IMG/VR virus record: IMGVR_UViG_3300009130_000014
Location: 1-64,000 of that record
Source of the DNA: a virus
DNA length: 64,000 nucleotides
Strand: one strand, 5' to 3'
The notes under the pieces are model-generated. The model was not told the DNA's origin. It ran no database searches and worked only from the letters and a program-made list of their open reading frames with translations. This document shows positions 38,229 to 49,352 of this stretch, piece by piece. Position 1 is the stretch's first letter. Every line of letters begins with the position of its first letter. The position numbers were made by a program, and so were the translations under genes.

Positions 38229-41200
38229 ATGCCGGGAGATAATAATTTAGAAGCATGGGATTCACATATACAATCTCAGCATGCAAATACTAAAAATACT
38301 AGTAATGAAGAAGCTGTCGCGTCCATTATGGACCAAAAAGATTTTTCTAGAGTATCCTATTCAGATAATCAATTAAGTGAAATAGCAGATAAGGGAATAG
38401 ATCCTTTTGATGCTTACCAAAATAACTTTGATTTAAACAAAGAACTGTATGAAAGACAATCTGGACGTGAAGCTTTAACCAGAGCAGTAACTAACGGATT
38501 ACATAAAGGATTATACTCTGTTGCTGAAAATACAGGTTATATGTTAGATATACCTCAATGGTTTCAGAACTTTGATAAATTCGACAACGATACTTCAAAT
38601 TGGCTATCGGAATGGGCTGCAGAACAAAAGCAAGAAATATCAGATGAAGCTCCTATATATTCCGAGGATATGTGGGATTTTGGATTTTGGGCTCAGATGA
38701 CAGAATCTACAGTAGATAGCGGATTAGGATTTGCACTGCCTGGAGCAGGAGCTGGTAAGCTTATAGGGACTGCAGGTAAAGCTGTCGCTAAAATACTACA
38801 AGCCAAAAAGGGAATAGATGCAGCTAGAGCTATGAATATAACTTCTAGGGTAGCTACTTCCATGCTTACTAATTACGCAGAATCTCAAATGATGGGGCAG
38901 GAATTATATAAGAATATATATAATGAGGCCATAAAAAAAGGAGTAGATGCTGAAGAGGCTAAAAGAGTAGCTAATGAAGAAAAGCATAACTTTAGAATGT
39001 CTAATCTTTTTAATGTTGCTACAGATTATATTACATTAGGTAGAGCATTGGGGCCTAAAGCGGCTCTTACAGGAGGTGCTCAGAAAGGTAAGCTTGGTCT
39101 AGGTAAAGAGTTAGCTAAGCAAATGTCCGGAGAAGCTTTTGAAGAAGTTACAGGAGATTTCTTACAAAAAGAAGCTGAAAGAAGAGGGGGTATTAAATTA
39201 GGAACTAAAAAGAAAGACGATAGTTCTTTTTTAGGAAGAGCTTTTCAATTTGCAGTTTCAGATGAAGGTATTACTTCTGCAGTAGGAGGTTTAATGGGAG
39301 GCCCTGCTCAATCTTTAATGACAGGGGGTGCTTCTAAATTAGCCAAAGCTAGTTATGATAAAATGGGCTGGTCCGAATTAGAAAAGGAATTAGGTGAATA
39401 TAAAGGTAATGCTCCCACTTTAGATGAACATGGATTAACGTCTGAAGATTTACAAACAATGGATCCTAAATTAACACTAAAGGATCATCTATTAACTATT
39501 AAACCTGAATTAAAAAATGACCCTGTTAAATTAAGTAAGGCGCTAGACGATCACAAAACAGCTTATGCTAAATATTCTCAGGATTATGATAAATTAAAAT
39601 CAGAAAGGGAAGGTAAATCTCACCAAGTAAAGAAGTACAAAGAAGCTTTAAAACGTCATGAGGGGAATAAAAAAGCTCATGATGATGAAAGAGACCGTAT
39701 AAAAAAAGATAACGAAAAAAGATTACAGGCTCGTAATACAGGTAAGATAGAGCAGACAAAAAGAGATGTCTCTAATTTCATTTCTCAGGATGTAGCATTT
39801 GAAGCAGAATATCTTGATGCATTAGAAAATGCGGATGTAGAAAAGATGAAAGCGGTAGAAAGTGAAAGATTCGAAAATATGTTTATAAGATATGCTAACA
39901 AACAAGCTGTCTTTCAGGAACATAAAGGAGATGGTTCTCTAGAAACTAGATTATTAGCGTATGCGGAGGACGAAAATGCCACAGAAGAGCAAAGAAAAAA
40001 TGCAACAAAAGCTTTATCCAAGCTAGAAGATTTAAGTGATCAGTATTATGATTTATTTAAAAGACATTCAGATAAGCCTCAAACAATGCAAAGAGCTTGG
40101 GAAACAAGATCTAGAATTAACGCATTAGAAGAAGTTTCTGAACAAATTAATAACAAAGAAGAAAAAATCACTTCTGATATAATTAAAAGTATTGAAAAAA
40201 CTGGTGGTGAAATTTCAACTTCTGATATGGAAGCTGTAAAATTAACTAGAGAAATAAAAGGTCTTAGTAAAGCATTAGAGGTTGAATCCAGGTTAGAAGG
40301 TGTTAAAAATAGATTAAACAATAGAAAAAAAGAACTAGAGTCTAAACTATCTAAAATAGAAACCCCTAATACTAAATTAATATTACAATCAGAGAAGTTG
40401 GATTCTTTATATGATCTTTTATCTAAGAAACAAGATGTATTAAACACTAAAGATTTTTATTCTGAGTACTATAAAAGGTTTACTAAAGAAGGTTCAAAAG
40501 AACTATTAAAAGAAAATAAAAATTTAATTCAGAATACCATATTAAAAACTTCTTTGGAGCATATGGATATAATCCCTACTATCATAAGCAGTAGAGATTT
40601 AAATCCAAAAGATAGAGAATTTCTATTAGATGTTTATAGTAAAAGAAAGGAGTTTCTAGAAAGGCAAGAAGTTAAAAATAAAGAAACATTAGAAAGAGCT
40701 AAGATTAGAAGAAAAGCCGCTTCTCAGTTAAAACAACAACTTGTTTCTCTTCGAGATATAGAGAATAAAGGAGAAGATAACAGAAAGGCTGACATAGAAC
40801 AACAAGAAGCGATTATCCAAGAACAGGACGAAATCATAAAAGAACTAGATTCTGAATTTAATATTGAAAGTGAGATAGTAGATGATGCTATATTAGAATT
40901 TGATAGGAAATTAGAGGAAGGGCTTACTCCTACAGTATCAGATACATCTGAGTTATCCAAAGAGACTGACAATGAAGAAGTTAGAAATGCGGCATTGAAT
41001 GCAGTAGCGGATAATAATGTAAACGAGCCTATAAAAGAGCCTTCTATCGCTCCTCGTCATTTACCTGATGGAGATAATCAACTTTCTATATCCCCTACTA
41101 TTAATGATGCAAATGACAGCAACAAAGAGGCTAGCGATTTATCATTGGCTTATATATCCGGAACTGATAACGATCCTTATTGGATTAACAATAGCGATTC

Positions 41201-42542
41201 TGCTATAGCAGATTGGGTAGAAAATCCTGCCGTCAATGGAGTAGGACATTCTATGAGTATAGAAGTTGATCCAGAGTTTGATAGCAAAGATCCTAACCAA
41301 AGAGGTTACCGTTATTATGTTTTAAATAAAGAAGGAAATAAAATAAAATTAGGAGGTAAATATGTGTATGGATGGCTCCGAGTACCTAAAGGAGATTCCC
41401 CTTCCGATAAAGCATTAAAATCATATAGGTCTAAATTAGATAAAGAATTGAAACAAGGGACTTTAGATAAAAATAGACCTAAGATTGATTATATAAGTAA
41501 TGGGGTTTTAATGCAAGAAAAAGGTCTTAGAAATAATATTCTTGAAAAACTAAATAAAGAAGGAAAAGATCTTACTCTTACTATAAAGCAAGGTGTAGAA
41601 TACATAGAAAGCCTTTCAGACGAAGGAGGTGTTTCTTTTACTAAAGAAGACGGTAAAACATTAACATCTAAAAATGAAAAAGGAGAAGGGTTTCTTCATG
41701 CTATGATTAAAACTGCAAGCGGAAAAGATTTCCCTTTAAGAATGAACTCTAGAAAGTTAAATGAATCTGAAGTAGACGCTATTTATAATATATATAAAGA
41801 TTTCTTTAAAGGAGCTTCATCTAAAAGTCGAATTAACAGTAAACATATAAAAGGTAATATATCATATAAAGAAGCTTTAGATTTATTGATATTTGAAGGA
41901 CCTAAATCAATAGCTACAGACTATCCTATTTTCTTTGAGTTTAAGGATAAAAAAGCAAAAACCCCGTCTAGATTAATATTAGGAGATAATCTAGATTCTC
42001 CAATAACAGATATTGTAGCAGAGGAACAACGTGTTAAGGACTATTTATCTAAGATGTGGAGAACTCATCAGATGGATATGATCAACAAGGACATGCAAGT
42101 TAAAGGTGAGATAGAATGGTTCGATTCTAAAATTAACTCCTCTACTCATTATAATGAATTTCTATTTAACGAAGGAGCCGCTTCTACTAATGCTGTTATC
42201 CCACAAGGTATATTCTTTACGAGACCTATAATAAGATTAAATGATTCAAGTGAATGGGGATTTAGCAAAGGTTCTAAAAGCAAAGTTAAAGTGACAGTCC
42301 CTTCTGAGAATGCAGCATTTACTGAATCAGACGGAGGTCCTGTCCTAGATTTTAATAAGATAGTAAAAAGTAAATCTGAAACACAGCAACCTTCATCTAG
42401 TGTTGAAGTTAAAAAAGTAGATTCTTTTAAAGAACAACAACCTGAAAGCGAACCTGCCAGAAGGAGGAGGTCTCCAGGATTAAAAAAGACATTTAATTCT
42501 GATAGTACAGAGGAAGCAATGACAGAAGAAAATTGCGAATAA
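38229..42542 (+). CDS. large cargo/ejection protein with Gly/Ala hydrophobic segments and coiled coils
   Basis: 1437 aa; GLGFALPGAGAGKLIG, EAFEE and SAVGGLMGG; directly upstream of the vRNAP. Confidence 0.7.
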   Translation: MPGDNNLEAWDSHIQSQHANTKNTSNEEAVASIMDQKDFSRVSYSDNQLSEIADKGIDPFDAYQNNFDLNKELYERQSGREALTRAVTNGLHKGLYSVAENTGYMLDIPQWFQNFDKFDNDTSNWLSEWAAEQKQEISDEAPIYSEDMWDFGFWAQMTESTVDSGLGFALPGAGAGKLIGTAGKAVAKILQAKKGIDAARAMNITSRVATSMLTNYAESQMMGQELYKNIYNEAIKKGVDAEEAKRVANEEKHNFRMSNLFNVATDYITLGRALGPKAALTGGAQKGKLGLGKELAKQMSGEAFEEVTGDFLQKEAERRGGIKLGTKKKDDSSFLGRAFQFAVSDEGITSAVGGLMGGPAQSLMTGGASKLAKASYDKMGWSELEKELGEYKGNAPTLDEHGLTSEDLQTMDPKLTLKDHLLTIKPELKNDPVKLSKALDDHKTAYAKYSQDYDKLKSEREGKSHQVKKYKEALKRHEGNKKAHDDERDRIKKDNEKRLQARNTGKIEQTKRDVSNFISQDVAFEAEYLDALENADVEKMKAVESERFENMFIRYANKQAVFQEHKGDGSLETRLLAYAEDENATEEQRKNATKALSKLEDLSDQYYDLFKRHSDKPQTMQRAWETRSRINALEEVSEQINNKEEKITSDIIKSIEKTGGEISTSDMEAVKLTREIKGLSKALEVESRLEGVKNRLNNRKKELESKLSKIETPNTKLILQSEKLDSLYDLLSKKQDVLNTKDFYSEYYKRFTKEGSKELLKENKNLIQNTILKTSLEHMDIIPTIISSRDLNPKDREFLLDVYSKRKEFLERQEVKNKETLERAKIRRKAASQLKQQLVSLRDIENKGEDNRKADIEQQEAIIQEQDEIIKELDSEFNIESEIVDDAILEFDRKLEEGLTPTVSDTSELSKETDNEEVRNAALNAVADNNVNEPIKEPSIAPRHLPDGDNQLSISPTINDANDSNKEASDLSLAYISGTDNDPYWINNSDSAIADWVENPAVNGVGHSMSIEVDPEFDSKDPNQRGYRYYVLNKEGNKIKLGGKYVYGWLRVPKGDSPSDKALKSYRSKLDKELKQGTLDKNRPKIDYISNGVLMQEKGLRNNILEKLNKEGKDLTLTIKQGVEYIESLSDEGGVSFTKEDGKTLTSKNEKGEGFLHAMIKTASGKDFPLRMNSRKLNESEVDAIYNIYKDFFKGASSKSRINSKHIKGNISYKEALDLLIFEGPKSIATDYPIFFEFKDKKAKTPSRLILGDNLDSPITDIVAEEQRVKDYLSKMWRTHQMDMINKDMQVKGEIEWFDSKINSSTHYNEFLFNEGAASTNAVIPQGIFFTRPIIRLNDSSEWGFSKGSKSKVKVTVPSENAAFTESDGGPVLDFNKIVKSKSETQQPSSSVEVKKVDSFKEQQPESEPARRRRSPGLKKTFNSDSTEEAMTEENCE

Positions 42543-42577
42543 CTTTAATTTTACTTAATTTTATAAAAAGATAAAGA

Positions 42578-45500
42578 ATGGCTTGTACATATAATTATAA
42601 AGGAACTCAGTATACTCAAGAAGAATATATCGAACTACTAAAAGAAAGTAATAAAACTTTAAATGATGAAATTTCTCATATAAAAGAATTACTACCGAAT
42701 GCCCCTGTTAATATCGTTAACGGATTGTTACAAATCCCAGGTGGTTTTGCAGAAGGAGTGTTTGATAAAAACATGATTATACTAAGTGATGAGGCAGAAA
42801 GTGGAACTGCTTATCATGAAGCGTTCCATTATGTTTCTCAACTTTATTTAAGCCCAGAAGGAAGAAGAAAGCTATATGATTCTTTTAAAGGATCTGTTAA
42901 TATATCAGATGCTCAAGTAGAAGAATTACTTGCTGATCAATTTTCAGATTATATGAAAGGTAGAGTAAGCACTAAGCTTCATCCTGTAGTAGAATATTTC
43001 TATAACCTGTTACAAGATTTCCTTAACTTATTTAGAAATGAAAAAAATAAAATATTTAATAACATATCTAGAGGGAAATATTCATATAAACCTACAAGTC
43101 ATTCAGAATCAGTTCTTTATAAAAAATCAGAAAATTTAAAAGGTTTATCTGAAGAATGGGTAAATGACATGGTTCAGTATATGAGTATGTCTATGGTAGA
43201 ATATTCAGGGATCATAGCCGATGCAAGTGAAGGGGTAAATGATTTAGAAATAATATCCGATCAAATATATAATGATATATTTGACGCATATGAAAAGGCA
43301 AAAGCCGACGGTAATTCTGATATAGCAGGTCACTTATACATAGCCACACAAGAAGGTAAATTTGAAGATTTAATAGATTTAGCTAAAAAAAGATTATCTC
43401 AGTTTAAGATAGCAGAGGAAATTAAAAAGAAAGAATCACTAAACGAAGAGGCAAAAGAAGAAAACCTTTCTGGAGATCTTGGTTTAACTAGTTCTTTGAA
43501 TATATCCGCAAAAAATAATGCAAGGGCGGAGACAAGAATGATGTTAACATTCTTACAAGATTCTAGCTATGATTCTAAATTCTTTGGAGATTATATAAAA
43601 GCACCTTTAGATTTTTCTAAAAACTGGAACATATTAAGCAAGGAGTTATCAGGAATAGTAAGTACTAATGAAGAGACAGAAGGTCAGTTAATGTTAAAAA
43701 AGGTTAAGTCTTTATCAAAAACTCACCCTCAGTTTAAAACATTATATTCTATGTTAACTAGTGATGAGGTATTAGATTCTACTAAAACTAAATTCTATTC
43801 TTCTTTCTCTAATGGTAGGATAGATTATATAGGAGGTATTATACAACATCATAAGTCTAAAGCAGGTAAGGACACTAGTATTTATAAGCAGACTACAGGA
43901 GATGAACAAAGTGTTTCTAAAACGTTGATAAAAGAAGGCGTTAGTTCTTTTATAGATATATATGGAGAGAAACCTGATTTGGAAAGAATGACTGCTGCAG
44001 CAAAAGCTTTACACCAAATATCAAAAGCGGTAGATGATTCTTTTAATACTAACGATAAAGAAATACCTAACGAGTTAATAGATCAGATTATATATAAAAC
44101 ATTGCCTAGTTTTTTCAATAGGCTAGGTCTAAACATATCAGGGAATGCTATAGCAGATTATGCAAATACTAAAAGTTCAGATAAAAGCATCCAATTAAAG
44201 AAGCTTATGAAAGAGCTTTCTTATGCTATATATCCTAAAACAGGACATAAGGATTTTTCTAAATTAAGAACTACTAAGTACGACGGAGAAACATTATATG
44301 GATCTCATGTTAAAGGATTTGATGCGGATAAGAATTTCATTAATAATACTTCAATAATGAAAAACTTATTTAAACATCAAGCTACTTATAGTGATTTACC
44401 AGGAGACAATTCTGTTTTAGGTCCTGACGGGAATATGTATTATAAGGAAACGCAAAATAGTATGGCTGTTAAAACTCTTCAGCGTTTTAAAAACGGAGAG
44501 CTTTTTGATCAAATGTTAAACAGCAGATACCATAGATATTCTGAACTACTTAAAAAGGTAGCAAAAGATTATGAAGCTTCTAAAAATAACCCAAATGCCT
44601 TTTCTTTAAACTTAAGAACTTTCTTATTTAATAAGACAGAAGGAGAGGCTGGATCGGAAGCTACAGGAAAGGATATATTAAGTTTGGACGAACAGCTTGA
44701 TAGAATGAATAAAGTACTAAGAGGATCTGTCGCTAAGGGTAAGTCTATATACACTATCCTTACCATGGCTGATAAAAGTACTATACATCATTTAGCAGGA
44801 GCAGGGTTTGAGCGTTTTTCATATAATGAAGATAATACAACAGCGGTTGATAAATTTTATAATTATGCTCTTGCTGAGATAGAACGAATATCAATGAGTC
44901 TCAGAGATGACTCTGTTTCCACCATAGATTTTTATGGCACAAAAGATAATAATTTAAAATCTTTCTGGTTTCCAGAACTTTCTAAAGATGGAAATTTAGC
45001 AAAAGAAATAAACTTATATAACGAAGACGGTACCGCTAATACTCTAGCGTCAGCAGAACGTATAAAAGACTATATAGAGTCAGTATTAGATGAAAGAATT
45101 AAAGCAGAAGAGTCTTACATATCAGACGCATTACGTGATGAAGATGGATATATTAAAGGTATAGACAGAGACATACAAAATGAATATAGGATACTAGAAG
45201 GCGATAAACTTGTAAAAGACTCTGAGGATGGTTATACATATAAAGACGGTATGTCGGATCTTATTTCAGATTACGCACTTAATTCAATAATTAAAAATAT
45301 TGAGTTTACTATGTTATTTACAGGAGACCCTGCATTTTATAAAGATTTATCAAAACGTACCCCTGCTACTATCGCTACAGGGTATGATTTAATATTGGAT
45401 AATATAAGAAGAAAGTTCAAAGTAGCAGTAGGGTCTGATATAGAACTACAATCATCTTTGTATGACGAATATAAAAAATACTTTGAAGATAATAACTTAG

Positions 45501-48500
45501 ACCCTGATGTATTAGCTCCTTATGATAAAAATGAGGATCTTGGTAGAGACGGAGTAAATCAAGCAGATGCTCAAGGATATATAACACCTGAAAGGTTTAA
45601 AGAAATAGCCATCGGATTAGGGAAATGGGAAAAGACTAAGCATGATAAAATATTCAAAGCTTTAAACGAAGGAAGTACTGATCGAGATTACCTTCTTGAA
45701 ATTCAAAAACTAATAACTGAAATGGGAGTTCCTGAAGGTCAACCTCTTAAAGGAATGCATTTTGAATTAGTTAAAGACGGAGATGTTATGAGACCTGTTT
45801 ATTTAAAATACTCTCAGGCAGTATTATGGCCGGGTGTTATAAAAGGTACTAAACTAGTAAAGTTAGCTTCTGCTATGAAATCTAGTAAGACTGACGAATT
45901 TGTATTTAAAAGTGGAGTTAAGGTAGGTTCAAAAGATGTTTCAACTATAGATTTTAATAATATAAAACTATCTCCTTTTGAACTAGATAATTTTTATTGG
46001 AAACTTCAACAAGATCTCCCTTCTAAATATCATAAAAAAGGAAGAGCTCTTGTAGGTTCACAGCCTAAAAAAAATATCATAGCTAATATAACAGATAGGA
46101 TGATTGGAGACAGAGAAGGTCGTGAGGTAGCGCAAGATGTACATAGAATAGAAGGAATGCTTTCTGATATAGAAAAGGATATTCTAGATTCTAAATGGGG
46201 AGTAAGGAATAATAAAGCAAACAAAGATTATATCTTAAAAGATTTAATAGAAGGGTTTAGAGAAGAAGATATCCCTGAAAATATTATAGAAATGGCTGAG
46301 GCAGGTGTTCCTTTAGACATGATCTTACAGAGATCTACTCAGATTGATTCCATGCTTCATTCTAAAATAACTAAAGCAGTAGTTAAGTTAAAGAGTCCGG
46401 GAGGAGCTTTTGTCCAAATGTCTAATGCAGGTTTTTCTAAAATGACAGGAATCTCAGATCTTACCGACTTACCTTTAGATGATTTAAATGGGGTAATTCA
46501 CTTAAAGAATGTAGACGAATTAAAAGGTCCTAGAAAAGTAAATGGAGTTACGGTTCCGGGAGATGTTTATCTGCCCCATAGTGTTATTTCTGATTTATTT
46601 GAAGCAAAGCCCGAGTTAAACGATAAGCTAAAAGCAGGAACTTTAAAAGGTAGTGATGTAGCTGAATATTTAGGCGATACCATAGAGAATCTTATAGGAT
46701 ATCGTATTCCTAACCAAGGGATGTCGTCTATTGATGTATTAAATATTGCAGGTATACTACCTCCTCATATGGGCGATACTATAGTAACCTATACAGAAAT
46801 TACAGCTAAAACAGGTTCCGATTTTGATATTGATAAAATGTATGTAATGATGCCACATACAAAATATAATAAAAAAACCGGATTGATGGAAGTTATAGAT
46901 ATGGATTCAGATGAACTATATTTTCAGATACACGATTTAAAAAAGAAATTAAAAGAAGGTAGGGGCGAAGTAGGAAATAAAAAACTTCAACAAGCTATAT
47001 CTTCTAAAACAGAACTATTAAAAAAGGCTTTAGAGAACGAAAGAATCAAAATATGGGGAGAAATTCTATTAGCAGACGCTACATATGGAGATTTAGTTAC
47101 CCCTCTTGATTCAGAGTTTTTAAAAGACGATGCATATTATATCTCATTCTTAGAAGAAATAAGAAAAAACCCAGGAGAAGTTTCTGGTATATTAGATATG
47201 AGAATCGAAGATGTATTAAAGAGTTCTAATAGAATGGAACTTTCTAAAAAATATTTTAAGAATAAACCTGTTAAGGCTTTAGAATTTGCAAGTCCTTCTT
47301 ATCAATTAGAGGTTAAGAAAAGAAACATGGCAGGTAAAGCAGGTGTAGGTCAAACAGCCAATCACCTTACTCATCATGCACTAGCTCAAGAAGCAGAACT
47401 TTACTTGAAGTATAGTTTAGGGGTAGGTAACCAAGTGAGTAACCAAGATGGTAACCTAGTGGATTTGAGCGGTACCGATGTAGAAGAAAATGCTAATACT
47501 CAACCAAAAAGAACTATAACAGGAGTTATATCGGCTTGGTTAAATGCCTATGTAGATAATGCAAAAGATCCTTATATCAGTTTAATTAATAATAATACAA
47601 AGACTGCCAATACTGTATTTCTTATGTTACGTGCAGGAGTTAGTCCTGAATTTGTTAATAGATTTATAAGCCAGCCTCTTATTAAAGAATATATTGAAAC
47701 TGAATTTGAATCAGATAATAATGCGGTAGATACTATTTTTAAAGTAGGTAAAACTAATAAGGTTGTTGAAGGAGTTGTATCTTCTGTAGATAGCGGTACA
47801 GAAACATCTTTTCAAAAAGTTACTAATAATTCTGAAGATACAAGTGTAGCAGATTTAAGATCTTTTGATATAATAAGCTTAGAGGATCAAATTTTAAACT
47901 ACGATGAAGCAAGTCCTACTCAAATTAGTCTATTAAATAAATTCTTAGAAATTCAAGATGCTGCAAATAAACTTAACGAAGCAGTAAAAGCTAGTAAAGC
48001 AGATACAGAGGGAACTTACGGGAACAGTGCCGGTAACTTTATAGCACGTCAGAGAAAGAAATCAGTTGAATCAGAAGGGTTTGTAGGAAACTTTAGTAAA
48101 TTATTTGATGGGACTATGTTAGGTGTATTTCATGATAATAGTGTAGAAAATGCTAAAAATGTATTAAGTGGACTCACTATATTAAAAACACCTTTTGCAG
48201 AAAAATCAGTAAAAGATATTGCTTATATAACAGGTTTAAATAAAGATGGATTTGTAACTAATGAGAAATTAGTCAATAAAGTATATTCGGGGTTGAAAAC
48301 TTACATGTACGGTAAGTATGCGGGTTTTGATATTAACGATGCTACAAGAAGGGTTATATTAAAGCGAACTCCTGAATTTTTAATGCAGTTAAAACAATCA
48401 CATCCTAATAATCCTCTTGTGAAAGCACTGACTCCTGTTCAAACTAAAGAAGGACTTAAGATATCTCTTCGATCTAAAGTTAAATCAGGATATGAATCTG

Positions 48501-49351
48501 ATGTATTATCGGGAGCATGGTTAGATTTACTTTTACATGAAGATCCTTCTATTAAAGGATGGGCTGAAACTTTAATTAAATATTCATTTTTAACTTCAGG
48601 ATTCTCCAAAGGACTAAATACATTTTTTGATATAATCCCTTCAGATTATTTATTAAAAAGTGATATGAAATCACACATTAATGAATTTATAAGAGGGTCT
48701 GAAGTTAGAGAAAATACAGAATTTGTTGATCAGTTTATGAGAAATAACTGGGATGATACAAGTCTTGTTCCAAGATTTAAAAAATTAGAAGATATGGGAG
48801 CTAAGATAATATCTGTTAAAACTAATGCGGCTCATGGATTTTACATTGAAAAGGATGATGTGTCTTCACGTATGATGAAAAACGACATAATGCACTCTTA
48901 TGTAACATATGATACAGGATCTGAAATTAGAATGTATCAATATATGGGAAGGCAAGATGATCGTCATATTTATAATAGGGTTTCTAAATTATCTAAATCA
49001 GATAAAGGATTCAAAGAAATAAATTATGGTAATACATTAAATCCTTTGAATGAAGATCTTAAAACATTATCTTTAAATGATTTAAAAGGATCTAATCGTA
49101 TAAATGATTTAAGAGTATCTAAACATATACATAAGAAGGATATTGGAACAATGGATATTAAAGGAGACACTTTTACATTTTCTGATATTCCTGGAAAGTT
49201 TAATATAAAGGGGAATACTCTTAATTATAATAATAAACCCGTGATGGATCTGTATTCAGATACACAAGAAGAGTTAATTAAAGAAGCAGAATTTTCCTTA
49301 AGGTCTATAGGATTAGATATAATTCAAACTTATATAAATAATAATTGTTAA
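42578..49351 (+). CDS. virion-packaged two-barrel RNA polymerase with an N-terminal zincin-like domain
   Basis: Catalytic GSDFDIDK (DFDID at 46820-46834), GYRIPNQG, DAQGYIT and AYVDNAKDP as in phi14:2 gp66-type RNAPs; HEAFH...EELLA at 42815. Confidence 0.93.
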   Translation: MACTYNYKGTQYTQEEYIELLKESNKTLNDEISHIKELLPNAPVNIVNGLLQIPGGFAEGVFDKNMIILSDEAESGTAYHEAFHYVSQLYLSPEGRRKLYDSFKGSVNISDAQVEELLADQFSDYMKGRVSTKLHPVVEYFYNLLQDFLNLFRNEKNKIFNNISRGKYSYKPTSHSESVLYKKSENLKGLSEEWVNDMVQYMSMSMVEYSGIIADASEGVNDLEIISDQIYNDIFDAYEKAKADGNSDIAGHLYIATQEGKFEDLIDLAKKRLSQFKIAEEIKKKESLNEEAKEENLSGDLGLTSSLNISAKNNARAETRMMLTFLQDSSYDSKFFGDYIKAPLDFSKNWNILSKELSGIVSTNEETEGQLMLKKVKSLSKTHPQFKTLYSMLTSDEVLDSTKTKFYSSFSNGRIDYIGGIIQHHKSKAGKDTSIYKQTTGDEQSVSKTLIKEGVSSFIDIYGEKPDLERMTAAAKALHQISKAVDDSFNTNDKEIPNELIDQIIYKTLPSFFNRLGLNISGNAIADYANTKSSDKSIQLKKLMKELSYAIYPKTGHKDFSKLRTTKYDGETLYGSHVKGFDADKNFINNTSIMKNLFKHQATYSDLPGDNSVLGPDGNMYYKETQNSMAVKTLQRFKNGELFDQMLNSRYHRYSELLKKVAKDYEASKNNPNAFSLNLRTFLFNKTEGEAGSEATGKDILSLDEQLDRMNKVLRGSVAKGKSIYTILTMADKSTIHHLAGAGFERFSYNEDNTTAVDKFYNYALAEIERISMSLRDDSVSTIDFYGTKDNNLKSFWFPELSKDGNLAKEINLYNEDGTANTLASAERIKDYIESVLDERIKAEESYISDALRDEDGYIKGIDRDIQNEYRILEGDKLVKDSEDGYTYKDGMSDLISDYALNSIIKNIEFTMLFTGDPAFYKDLSKRTPATIATGYDLILDNIRRKFKVAVGSDIELQSSLYDEYKKYFEDNNLDPDVLAPYDKNEDLGRDGVNQADAQGYITPERFKEIAIGLGKWEKTKHDKIFKALNEGSTDRDYLLEIQKLITEMGVPEGQPLKGMHFELVKDGDVMRPVYLKYSQAVLWPGVIKGTKLVKLASAMKSSKTDEFVFKSGVKVGSKDVSTIDFNNIKLSPFELDNFYWKLQQDLPSKYHKKGRALVGSQPKKNIIANITDRMIGDREGREVAQDVHRIEGMLSDIEKDILDSKWGVRNNKANKDYILKDLIEGFREEDIPENIIEMAEAGVPLDMILQRSTQIDSMLHSKITKAVVKLKSPGGAFVQMSNAGFSKMTGISDLTDLPLDDLNGVIHLKNVDELKGPRKVNGVTVPGDVYLPHSVISDLFEAKPELNDKLKAGTLKGSDVAEYLGDTIENLIGYRIPNQGMSSIDVLNIAGILPPHMGDTIVTYTEITAKTGSDFDIDKMYVMMPHTKYNKKTGLMEVIDMDSDELYFQIHDLKKKLKEGRGEVGNKKLQQAISSKTELLKKALENERIKIWGEILLADATYGDLVTPLDSEFLKDDAYYISFLEEIRKNPGEVSGILDMRIEDVLKSSNRMELSKKYFKNKPVKALEFASPSYQLEVKKRNMAGKAGVGQTANHLTHHALAQEAELYLKYSLGVGNQVSNQDGNLVDLSGTDVEENANTQPKRTITGVISAWLNAYVDNAKDPYISLINNNTKTANTVFLMLRAGVSPEFVNRFISQPLIKEYIETEFESDNNAVDTIFKVGKTNKVVEGVVSSVDSGTETSFQKVTNNSEDTSVADLRSFDIISLEDQILNYDEASPTQISLLNKFLEIQDAANKLNEAVKASKADTEGTYGNSAGNFIARQRKKSVESEGFVGNFSKLFDGTMLGVFHDNSVENAKNVLSGLTILKTPFAEKSVKDIAYITGLNKDGFVTNEKLVNKVYSGLKTYMYGKYAGFDINDATRRVILKRTPEFLMQLKQSHPNNPLVKALTPVQTKEGLKISLRSKVKSGYESDVLSGAWLDLLLHEDPSIKGWAETLIKYSFLTSGFSKGLNTFFDIIPSDYLLKSDMKSHINEFIRGSEVRENTEFVDQFMRNNWDDTSLVPRFKKLEDMGAKIISVKTNAAHGFYIEKDDVSSRMMKNDIMHSYVTYDTGSEIRMYQYMGRQDDRHIYNRVSKLSKSDKGFKEINYGNTLNPLNEDLKTLSLNDLKGSNRINDLRVSKHIHKKDIGTMDIKGDTFTFSDIPGKFNIKGNTLNYNNKPVMDLYSDTQEELIKEAEFSLRSIGLDIIQTYINNNC

Positions 49352-49352
49352 T

